This document shows positions 9,019 through 17,089 of a DNA stretch of 64,000 nt, piece after piece. Position numbers and translations under genes: made by a program. Below the pieces are notes generated by a model, which saw only the letters and a list, made by a program, of their open reading frames with translations, searched no databases and was not told the origin of the DNA. Origin of the DNA: Planctomycetota bacterium (lineage in GTDB: Bacteria; Planctomycetota; B15-G4); contig JBBQUR010000002.1 of assembly GCA_038212275.1 (NCBI GenBank), positions 32,001 to 96,000 on the forward strand, given 5' to 3'. The stretch's first letter is position 1. Each line of letters begins with the position of its first letter.

Positions 9019-11562
9019 CTACGGCGTGGTGGCCTGCAGCGCGTTGCTCAACGCCACCTGTTTCAAGGCGATGATGTCGCTGATCGCGTACTGGAAGTAG
9101 ACCGCCGTGCCCGGAGCAAAGCCCGCCGGCCACGTGATCGGCAACGAGAGCCCGCCCGCTGTCGACGTGACGAGCGGAACGGCCAGCAGCGACGGCAGGG
9201 GAATCAGCGAGCCGCCCTTGAACGGCGATGGCACCGACGACAGCGACATGACGAGAAGGCACGCGGCCCCAGGGACCGTGTTGCCGAGCGAGAGTTCGCA
9301 TGCGGACCCGGGCTCCAGCGTGCCGGTCCCGACGAGGATGGGCGTGCCACTGCCTGCCAGGCCATGGCCCAGGTTCTCCCACGGACTGGCCGGGCCGCCC
9401 TGATTGAGCAGCACGGTGGCATAGGCCGGCGCCGGGCCGGACAGTCCCCCCGTGTTCGCCACGGCCAGGTCGAGCCGGCCGTCACCGTCGAGGTCGCTGG
9501 CGAGGAGGTCCATCGGGCCGGGCCCCACGCCGTAGTGCGTCGCGGCACCGAGCGAGCCGTTGCCGAGCCCACGCAGCACCGAGACGGAGTACCCGGTCAG
9601 GTTCGCCACCGCGAGATCGACCGTGCCATCTCCGCTGAAGTCACCAGGCGCAACGGCGTAGGGGTGACCTCCCACGGGATAGCTGACCTTCGGACCGAAC
9701 TGCCCTCCGCCGGTACCAGGCAGCAACGAGACGGTGTCGCTGGCGTAGTTCACCAGCGCGAGGTCGAGCGTGCCGTTGCCGTCGAAGTCGGCCAGTGCGA
9801 CTGACCGCGGCTGGGACCCCGCGGCGTACTTGTTCACGTGGCCGAAGGCGCCGCCACCCAGACCCAGGAGCACCGCCACGGCATCCGGGCTGCTGCCCGA
9901 AGCGACGATGTCGAGCGTGCCGTCGCCATTGAGGTCGCCGACGGCGATCGTCCCCGGATGACACTCCACGCCGTGCGGGACGGCCGCACCGAACAACCCG
10001 CCGCCGAGGCCCGGAAGGACGAGCACGTTGTTGGAGGCGTAGCTCGCCACGGCCACATCGAGGTGGCCGTCACCGGTAAGGTCGGCGATGACGACCGACT
10101 GCGAGGCGCTGCCTGTGAAGTGGGTGACGGGCGCAACGAACGTGCCGTCGCCCAGGCCGAAGAGAACGGAGACCCGCATGGAGCCCTCGTTCGTCACGAC
10201 GAGGTCGAGCGTGCCGTTCTCGTCGAGATCGCCGGCGGCGATCGACGTCGGTGCAGGGCCCGCGCCGTAGCCCGCGACGCTTCCGAACACGCCGCCCCCC
10301 TGGCCCAGCAGCACGGCGACGGTGTCGAAGTCCGTGTCGGTGAGCGCCAGGTCGGGGCGGCCGTCCGCATTGAAGTCTCCCGCCGCGAGGGACGTGGGGC
10401 ACGTTCCCACCAGGTATTCCGCCGGTGCGGCGAACACTCCGTGGCCCTGGCCCAGGAGCACGGCGACCGCGTCCACGTCCGCGTCGGGCAACGCCATGTC
10501 GAGCTGGCCATCCGCGTTGAGGTCGCCCAGCGCGATGTCGGGAGTCCCGGAACCCACGTGATAGGTGGTCACGTTGCCGAGAAGGCCCCCGCCCACGCCG
10601 GGCATCACGATGACTGACTTCGTGCCGGCCATCGACACCACCGCGTCGAGCCGCCCGTCGCCATCGACGTCGCCGAGTGCGATCGCGCGCGGCTTGGACA
10701 GGATGGCGTACGTCTTCGGCGGGCCGAACGAGCCGCCGCCCTGACCCAGCAGCACCGAGATCGTGTTGTGCGGGCTGTCGGTCAAGGCCGCGTCGGGCAG
10801 GCCGTCGCCATCGAGGTCGCCGAGCGCGAGCCGTTCGGGCGTGCCTCCCGTGGCGGCGCTCGTCGCCGCGCCGAACGCTCCGCCGCCCAGGTTCAGCAGC
10901 ACGGAAAGAGAGCCCGACTTGTTGTTCGTCACCACGAGATCGGGCGCGCCGTCGCCATCGACGTCGGCCACGGCGACCGACCTCGGGGACATGCCCACCG
11001 GCAAGGGTGTCGCTGCGCCGAACGAGCCACCGCCGAGTCCCGTCAGCACGGTGATCGTGTCCGAGGAGCTGTTCGTCACGATGAGTTCGGGCTGGCCGTC
11101 GCCGCCGAGGTCCGCGGCCACGATGGACTGGGCAGTCTCGCCCGCGAAGAAGCTCGTCGCTGCGCCGAAGTGTCCCCCGCCCAGACCCAGCAGGACGGAC
11201 ACCGTGCCCGACTTGGTGTTCGCCACGGCGAGATCGGGGACGCCGTCGCCGCTCAGGTCGCTCACGGCGACCGAGGTCGGGTTGAGGCCCACGCCGTAAT
11301 CCGTCACGGCACCGAACGCACCGCCGCCCATGCTCAGCAGCACGGCCACCGTGCCGGGCGTCGTGGAGAGTTTCGGCTTCGTCACGACGAGGTCGAGCAG
11401 CCCATCGCCGTCGAGGTCAACCAGCGCGACGGACTCCGCGTCGCCGCCGACGGCCTGCAGGAGCGGGGCCGGGAACAACATCGCGGACTGCGATGTGGCG
11501 CGGGTCGCGGACAACGCAAGACACAAGGCGCCCCACACGACGGCGTGCCGATGAAGTGCCAT
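9019..11562 (-). CDS. Secreted FG-GAP/VCBS repeat protein with the shared C-terminal module
   Basis: Signal peptide; about 14 repeats of xGDLxGDGxxDL(A/V)V; C-terminal SPWENLGHGLAG...PFKGGSLIP...SNALQATTP. Confidence 0.9.
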   Translation of the reverse strand: MALHRHAVVWGALCLALSATRATSQSAMLFPAPLLQAVGGDAESVALVDLDGDGLLDLVVTKPKLSTTPGTVAVLLSMGGGAFGAVTDYGVGLNPTSVAVSDLSGDGVPDLAVANTKSGTVSVLLGLGGGHFGAATSFFAGETAQSIVAADLGGDGQPELIVTNSSSDTITVLTGLGGGSFGAATPLPVGMSPRSVAVADVDGDGAPDLVVTNNKSGSLSVLLNLGGGAFGAATSAATGGTPERLALGDLDGDGLPDAALTDSPHNTISVLLGQGGGSFGPPKTYAILSKPRAIALGDVDGDGRLDAVVSMAGTKSVIVMPGVGGGLLGNVTTYHVGSGTPDIALGDLNADGQLDMALPDADVDAVAVLLGQGHGVFAAPAEYLVGTCPTSLAAGDFNADGRPDLALTDTDFDTVAVLLGQGGGVFGSVAGYGAGPAPTSIAAGDLDENGTLDLVVTNEGSMRVSVLFGLGDGTFVAPVTHFTGSASQSVVIADLTGDGHLDVAVASYASNNVLVLPGLGGGLFGAAVPHGVECHPGTIAVGDLNGDGTLDIVASGSSPDAVAVLLGLGGGAFGHVNKYAAGSQPRSVALADFDGNGTLDLALVNYASDTVSLLPGTGGGQFGPKVSYPVGGHPYAVAPGDFSGDGTVDLAVANLTGYSVSVLRGLGNGSLGAATHYGVGPGPMDLLASDLDGDGRLDLAVANTGGLSGPAPAYATVLLNQGGPASPWENLGHGLAGSGTPILVGTGTLEPGSACELSLGNTVPGAACLLVMSLSSVPSPFKGGSLIPLPSLLAVPLVTSTAGGLSLPITWPAGFAPGTAVYFQYAISDIIALKQVALSNALQATTP

Positions 11563-11774
11563 GAGATCCCCTATTCTTTCCTGGGAAAGTTCCCTTGCCA
11601 CGGCCCGAACGATCCGAGGCATGTTAATCCGAACGGCCGGTGCTGACCATGTGGCGTCGACCCCGACCCGGTCGTGGCCGGCGGGCGCTCTGCCACGGTT
11701 ATCATCCCGCGGCTGTCGCCGACTCCCGCCACGCACGACTCCAACGACTCCCTCCACGCCCCGCGAGACCCCAC

Positions 11775-12257
11775 ATGAAGCTCCCCTTCTTCAGCCGCAA
11801 GCCGCCCGAGCTGCTCGCACCCGGCACTCCGGCGCCCGCCTTCGATGTGCTCGACCATCACGGCGCGCGCGTGCGGCTTGCCGACCTGCGCGGCCGGCGC
11901 CTGCTGCTGTGGTTCTATCCCAAGGCCAGCACCGGCGGCTGAACCGCGCAGGGCAAGGGGTTCCGTGATCGAATCCCCACCATCGGCGACAAGGGCCTCA
12001 TCCTCGGCGTGTCCTTCGACACGCCCGCGGACAACAAGACGTTCGCGGACGCGCAGGGCTTTCCCTTCCAGCTCCTGTGCGACACCGACAAGTCCATGAG
12101 CATCGCGTACCGTGCGTGCGCCGACCGCGGCGCGAAGTATCCCGACCGCATCACCTACATCATCGACGCCGAGGGCCGCATCGAGTCGGCCGAGCGCGTC
12201 GCGAACATCGCCGAGCACGTGGAGTCCGCAACGAAGCGGCTCTGCCGGCTCACCTGA
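11775..12257 (+). CDS. bcp: Peroxiredoxin (Bcp/PrxQ type), putative selenoprotein with TGA at the peroxidatic position
   Basis: MKLPFF...WFYPKASTGG-TGA(11940-11942)-TAQGKGFRD...ILGVSFD...FPFQLLCD...RITYIIDAEGRI is a single frame. TGA occupies the Cys site of PxxxTxGC. Confidence 0.85.
11957..11977 (+). promoter_or_regulatory. Candidate bacterial SECIS hairpin
   Basis: GGGGUUC-CGUGAUC-GAAUCCC: 7-bp stem starting 14 nt after the UGA, with G at loop position 2. Confidence 0.45.
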
Positions 12258-12355
12258 CCACGCACCTCACACCTGACATCACGCACCAGGCACCCGGCCT
12301 GCGGCCCCCGCGCCGCAGGCCGGCCACGCCTGCCGAACGCGCGACCCGCCGGAGC

Positions 12356-12862
12356 ATGACCATGACCATCACCACGCAATCGCTGCTCGACTTGCTCTCC
12401 GCGCCGCTGGCCGCAGCCGCGCAAGCCCACTGCAAGGACCCGGGCGGCGCGCGCGCCGTGCTGCACCGCCTCTATCCGCCGGAGGGCAAGGACAGCCAGG
12501 CTCTGCGCGCGGCGCTGCTCGAGGCCGTCGCGTCCGGCGTCATCTGCGACAAGGGCAAGGGCGACATCCGCTACAGCCGCCTGAGCAAGCCGGACGCGAG
12601 CACGCGCGACTTCTCCATCGACTTCGTGTGGATGACCGGCCCCGGCATCAACCACCGCCACCCGCAGGGCGAGATCAACCTCTGCTACGCCGTGGAGGGC
12701 GACCCGCGCTTCGACGGCCAGCCCGAGGGCTGGGTCGTGTTCCCGCCCGGCTCGGCGCACGTGCCGACGGTGACGGGCGGGCGCATGCTCATCGTTTACT
12801 TCCTGCCGCAGGGCGCCGTGGAGTGGATCACCGACGGGGCGAAGTCGCGGGCGGACGGGTGA
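12356..12862 (+). CDS. DUF4863-family (cupin-like) protein
   Basis: GINHRHPQGEINLC...RFDG.PEGWVVFPPGSAHVPTVTGGRMLIVYFLPQGAVEW. Start 12356 or 12362. Confidence 0.75.
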   Translation: MTMTITTQSLLDLLSAPLAAAAQAHCKDPGGARAVLHRLYPPEGKDSQALRAALLEAVASGVICDKGKGDIRYSRLSKPDASTRDFSIDFVWMTGPGINHRHPQGEINLCYAVEGDPRFDGQPEGWVVFPPGSAHVPTVTGGRMLIVYFLPQGAVEWITDGAKSRADG

Positions 12863-12876
12863 GGGGTTGGCGGTGG

Positions 12877-13113
12877 GGCTTGGTTCCGCTTGGGGGGTCC
12901 GGACGCTGCCGTGACGGCGAGACGAGGGGGAGTCGCGTGGCGCGGTGAGTGCGCCGTCGAGGGGGCGGCGGGCCGCCTCGGTCAACGACCCGCCATGCGA
13001 AGACCGGTGCCAAAGCGAGAGGCGCTCGTGGCGGTCGGAATCTAGCGGTCCGCCGCCCCCTCGCCGCGCACGCTGACGCACGTTTCTCCGCGCGGACGAG
13101 TGGCAGCGTCCGG
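12877..13113 (+). repeat. Structured intergenic element, copy A1
   Basis: Closing stem CCGGACGCTGCC (12899-12910) / GGCAGCGTCCGG (13102-13113); inner stem GGGGGCGGCGG / CCGCCGCCCCC; outer motif GGCTTGGTTCCGCTTG. Confidence 0.75.
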
Positions 13114-13390
13114 CCCTCGGCGCTCCGCCTCGCGACGATCGGGCGTCCGCTTCTACGCGTGTTGAACGAGAACCCGCAACGAGATGACGGCGAACTTGTG
13201 GTGCAACCAGGCATCGCCCGAAGCGTGTGAGAAGAAGCGCAGGCGCGTTCGTGCATCGTGCGGTGCGTCTCCCCGATCGTGCCGCGGCCACTCGTGTCGG
13301 GCGCGCTCGGTGTTCGTTCCCCAGCTTCGCCGTGCTTGCAGTTCCGTCGTGCGCATCGTTGAACTCGTGGCGGCGTCGAGGAGCGCGTGC

Positions 13391-13640
13391 GGCGGGGGTG
13401 CTGCTCGCTTCGTCCGACCGGAGACCCGTGCGTTGCCGTGCGCGGCGACGGGGCTGCGGGCGTCAAGATTAGGCCGCCGCATGCGGCCAGGGCGTTGGCG
13501 CGCCGTTTCCTCGGCGCGCCGTCTGACCGAAGACGTCCGCAGCCCCGTCGACGGCGCACTGCAATCCCAGCCCGACTCACCGACCTCACGCTGACCGTGC
13601 GAGCAGCACCCCCGCCCCCACAAGCGGAACAAAGCCGCCC
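13391..13640 (-). repeat. Structured intergenic element, copy A2 (inverted relative to A1)
   Basis: Perfect 18-bp closing stem 13391-13408 / 13599-13616; inner stem CGGGGCTGCGG / CCGCAGCCCCG; 19-mer at 13622-13640 identical to 24416-24434. Confidence 0.8.
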
Positions 13641-13641
13641 G

Positions 13642-14367
13642 TCAGAGCAGCGTGGCGCGCAACACCGCCAGCACGACGATGAGCGCCTCCAACCCGACCG
13701 TGCCCCGCTCGCGCCGCAGCACCTTGACCCACGGGTAGTCCTCCCGCGTGTCGGGGCGCGGAAGGCCGTCCGGGCGCGTGAGGCGCGGGATGAAGCGCGG
13801 CACGAGGCGGCAGTATTCCGGGTAGTCGTCGGCGTAGAGCTTGATGAGGATCGACTCCTCCCAGCGCACGACGAAGTGGTACCAGAGCATGGAGGACACG
13901 GCGGCCACGGCGCCGAACCACGCCGGGCCGAAGAGCAGGCACGCACCGGCGATGCCCGCGGTGTTCGCGACGTAGAGCGGGTTGCGCACCAGCCCGAACG
14001 GCCCGCCGGTGACGAGCACCTTCTTCTCCTGCGCCTTGCGCGCATGAACACGCGCCGCGCCGCGAATGTGCTTGGCGGACCAGAGCCTCCCGAAGAGGTG
14101 CACGCCCAGCAGCACGCCGCCGAGGATCATCGCATCGCGCTGCGCGCGCCCGACGGTCAGGCCCAGGACCACGGCCGTCGTGAGCAGCACCGGGTGGATC
14201 CAGCGCCGCAGCTCGAAGAGCCTGGCGCCCGCCGAACGGTCCAGCGGAAGTGCTGCCTCGCCATTCTCGTGGCCGGGGCTTGCTCCCGTCCGACCGGCGC
14301 CGGCCGACGCCACGGAGCCGGAAGCTCCCGCCTGCTGCCCGATGACCTGCGACTTGCCGCGCTCCAT
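13642..14367 (-). CDS. Isoprenylcysteine carboxyl methyltransferase / PEMT-family membrane methyltransferase
   Basis: LVTGGPFGLVRNPLY...EESIL...Y.EY...VPRFIP signature with TM helices. Confidence 0.85.
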   Translation of the reverse strand: MERGKSQVIGQQAGASGSVASAGAGRTGASPGHENGEAALPLDRSAGARLFELRRWIHPVLLTTAVVLGLTVGRAQRDAMILGGVLLGVHLFGRLWSAKHIRGAARVHARKAQEKKVLVTGGPFGLVRNPLYVANTAGIAGACLLFGPAWFGAVAAVSSMLWYHFVVRWEESILIKLYADDYPEYCRLVPRFIPRLTRPDGLPRPDTREDYPWVKVLRRERGTVGLEALIVVLAVLRATLL

Positions 14368-14392
14368 GCGCCGCCCAGTATGCCGGATCGCG

Positions 14393-15265
14393 TCAGCGCA
14401 AGCCCGCGCGGAGGACCCCGTCCAGCACGGCCAGCAACGCATACTTGCCGTGCGGCCTGTCGCGGCGCGCCTCGCGCCGACGGTCGAAGGCCCAGACGGC
14501 GCGCCAGACGGGCGACGGGTGGCGCAAGTAATGCGCGACGCTCGCCTGCAGTCGCGACCTGTCTGCGTAGCCCCGGACGAAGGCCTCCACGTCGCTGCGC
14601 AGGCGCTGCGCGTCGGACTTGCTGCAGCGCGCCAGCGAGCGCAGGCAGGCGGCGATTTCCTTGGCGAGCAGCGGCGACAGGTTGCGACGCGCGCGGAAGC
14701 TGTTCTCCAGGTCGAAGCTCGCGAATCGCAGCGCGCTCACCGGCCGCGAGGCGGCCTCCGTCCACGCGGCGCCGGCCGGCGCCGCCACGAGCACGTGTTG
14801 CACGCCTCCGTGCTCCTGGACGAGGGCCGCCTCGCCCAGCGACAGCGCACGGGCGTGGCGCTTCGCGGTGTCCGCTGCGAAGCGTTCGATGAGGGCCTCG
14901 CGCCGGGAGCGCGGCAGCGCAGGGTCGGCGAGCAGCGCGGAGAGCAGCGGACCGTCCACGAACTCGAGCACGAGGGTGCGCGGACCGGCGAGTTCCGGGT
15001 GACGCGCGGACAGCTCGGCCGGCACGTCGAAGCCCTGCTCGCGCCAGAGCGCCAGCAGGCGCGCCTCGGTGGCGCGTCGCGCCGCCGCCCGCGTGCCGGT
15101 TTTCCCGCCGCGCAGGCGGCTGGCCAGCTCGCGGCCCCATGCATGCAGCCAGGAACCGCGCTCCGCGTACAGCTTCTGCAGCACCGGGCCGTGCGCGGTC
15201 TGCACGCGCCAGATGCGGTTTCCGTCAAGCCGGAGCAGCTCGCGGGCTGCGGCCGCCTTCGGCAC
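14393..15265 (-). CDS. Protein-kinase-like (Kdo/WaaP-like) protein with a degenerate catalytic loop
   Basis: DGNRIWRV, VLQKLY, LVLEFVDG, LVQEHGGVQHVL, FDLE; paralog of the upstream gene. Confidence 0.6.
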   Translation of the reverse strand: MPKAAAARELLRLDGNRIWRVQTAHGPVLQKLYAERGSWLHAWGRELASRLRGGKTGTRAAARRATEARLLALWREQGFDVPAELSARHPELAGPRTLVLEFVDGPLLSALLADPALPRSRREALIERFAADTAKRHARALSLGEAALVQEHGGVQHVLVAAPAGAAWTEAASRPVSALRFASFDLENSFRARRNLSPLLAKEIAACLRSLARCSKSDAQRLRSDVEAFVRGYADRSRLQASVAHYLRHPSPVWRAVWAFDRRREARRDRPHGKYALLAVLDGVLRAGLR

Positions 15266-15267
15266 CG

Positions 15268-16212
15268 TCAGCTCCCGCGCGTGAGCGAGGCCGCGTCGAG
15301 GCGGCGCTTGAGGTCGCGCGCCACGCCGTACTTGCTGTACTTGCTGTGGTGGCGCGGCTTCAGGCGCACGTCGAGCCAGCGCCCGACGCGGATGACGGGG
15401 TTGTCGTTCGCGAAGGCGTGCTCCCAGGCCGCCAGCAGCAGCGTCTTGTCCGGGTAGTGCGCGACGAGTTCATCCATGAGGCGCTCGTAGAGTTCGTCGC
15501 CGAAGAATTTTCCGGCCGAGCGCATGTAGGCCAGGATCTCGCGGCCGACGAGGTCGCGCACATTCCGCGAACGGAAGCAGATCTCGAAGTCGAAGTAGGT
15601 GAAGCCACCCTGCCAGAGCATCACGTGCTTCACGTCGCCGTTCTCGTGGATGAGCATCGGCTCGCGTTCGCGCACGGCGATCATGTGCCGGCGGTGCCAC
15701 TCGGGCACCCAGCGGCGCCACATGGCGAGGCGCTCCTCCAACGGGACGGCCGCGTCTTTGAAGTACTCGCGGAAGTGCCGGCCCGGCGTCCAGTCGTAGA
15801 GCATGTAGCCCTCGTCCGGCAGGCCGGCGACGCGCACCTCGGGGTGCATGCCGAAGCAGCGGAAGCCGTGCTTCTCCCAGAGCCGGACCGAAGCGACCTC
15901 GTGACGGAAACGCGCGCGCGGCATCTGCGACGTGCGGCCCGTCAGCAGCAGGTTGCCGAGCGTTTTCTTCATGTAGAGGAGCGAGCTGCGGCTGCCGTAG
16001 TAGACCTTCAGCACGGCGAAGCCGTCGGTGCCTCCCGCGAAGGGAATGCGCCAGAGGAAGTTGCCCTCGCCGGCAAGCACCTTTTTCTCCAGGCCGTCGA
16101 GGCTCAGCGTGACAGGAGCGCGCGGCGACGACGTGCCGGGCGCCACCGGCGTGCCGCCCGCTTCGGGTGCACGGCGTTCGGGCCGCTCGGCAGTTCCGCT
16201 GTCGCTGGGCAA
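15268..16212 (-). CDS. Protein-kinase-like (Kdo/WaaP-like) protein
   Basis: AGEGNFLWRI, AVLKVY, ARFRHE, LIHENGDVKHVM, YFDFE; TTG start at 16212 behind AGGAG. Confidence 0.65.
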   Translation of the reverse strand: MPSDSGTAERPERRAPEAGGTPVAPGTSSPRAPVTLSLDGLEKKVLAGEGNFLWRIPFAGGTDGFAVLKVYYGSRSSLLYMKKTLGNLLLTGRTSQMPRARFRHEVASVRLWEKHGFRCFGMHPEVRVAGLPDEGYMLYDWTPGRHFREYFKDAAVPLEERLAMWRRWVPEWHRRHMIAVREREPMLIHENGDVKHVMLWQGGFTYFDFEICFRSRNVRDLVGREILAYMRSAGKFFGDELYERLMDELVAHYPDKTLLLAAWEHAFANDNPVIRVGRWLDVRLKPRHHSKYSKYGVARDLKRRLDAASLTRGS

Positions 16213-16423
16213 GTCCGCTCTCTCCTCTGATGAATCGCGCCGGTGATGAATCGCGTCGGCGCGGCGTGCGAGTCCCGCGGCCATGGCGGTCTTGTCATCG
16301 TGCCGTGGAAGGGCGCACCATACAACGGTCGGAGATGGGCCCATCACGGCCCACCATGCCCCGCCTCCGGCACGCGAGACCCGCGCCATGACCGCCGCTG
16401 CAAAGCCAGCCAGCCCGCGCTGC

Positions 16424-17089
16424 ATGAAAATCCTGGTCGTGGACGACGACCCCAAGCTGCGCGCCTTCGTGACCCGCGGCCTGACCGAGTCCGGGATGAG
16501 CTGCACCACCGCGCCGGACGGCGAGACGGCGCTGGCCCTGCTGCGCCGCGAGAAGTTCGACCTCATGCTCCTCGACGTCATGCTTCCGGGCCTGCAGGGT
16601 TGGGACGTGCAGGAGGCGGCCCGGCGCGAGGGCATCCGCGTGCCGGTCATCTGGGTCACGGCGCGCGACGCGCTGGACGAACGCCTGCGCGGCCTGGCCA
16701 TGGGCGACGACTACGTGGTCAAGCCCTTCGCCTTCGCGGAGCTCGTGGCGCGCATCCAGGTCGTGCTGCGACGGCACGAAGACGAGCACGTGCTGCGCAT
16801 CGGCGACCTCGAGATGGACCTGCTTGCGGGCACTGTCCGCCGTGCCGGCAAGCCGCTGGACCTGACGCGCACCGAATTCTCCCTGCTGCGCCAGCTCGCG
16901 GAGCGCCCGGGCGAGACCATCTCGCGCACGGAGCTGCTGAAGTCCGTCTGGAACATCGAGTTCGACCCGGGCACCAATGTGGTCGACGTGCACATCCGGC
17001 GCCTGCGCCGCAAGATCGACGAGCCGTTCGACGCGCCGTTGATCCACACCGTCAGGGGCTCCGGATATGTCGTCACCCAGCACGCCTGA
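16424..17089 (+). CDS. OmpR-family response regulator (CusR/CzcR-like)
   Basis: MKILVVDDD, LDVMLPG, DDYVVKPFAF, winged-helix TNVVDVHIRRLRRKID...IHTVRGSGY. Confidence 0.93.
   Translation: MKILVVDDDPKLRAFVTRGLTESGMSCTTAPDGETALALLRREKFDLMLLDVMLPGLQGWDVQEAARREGIRVPVIWVTARDALDERLRGLAMGDDYVVKPFAFAELVARIQVVLRRHEDEHVLRIGDLEMDLLAGTVRRAGKPLDLTRTEFSLLRQLAERPGETISRTELLKSVWNIEFDPGTNVVDVHIRRLRRKIDEPFDAPLIHTVRGSGYVVTQHA

Noticed and set aside
9019..11562. Diversity-generating retroelement repeats
   Set aside because: The repeats are ordinary FG-GAP units, with no adenine-specific TR/VR pair and no reverse transcriptase.
6631..11942. Genome-wide TGA reassignment (code 4 or 25)
   Set aside because: TGA ends many intact genes here (e.g. 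8949, 12862, 46369) and Trp is encoded by TGG; the in-frame TGAs occur only at redox-Cys positions.
12863..13641. Protein-coding gene, tRNA, SRP or tmRNA in this gap
   Set aside because: The ORFs have no motifs, and I see no cloverleaf or other landmark of those RNAs.
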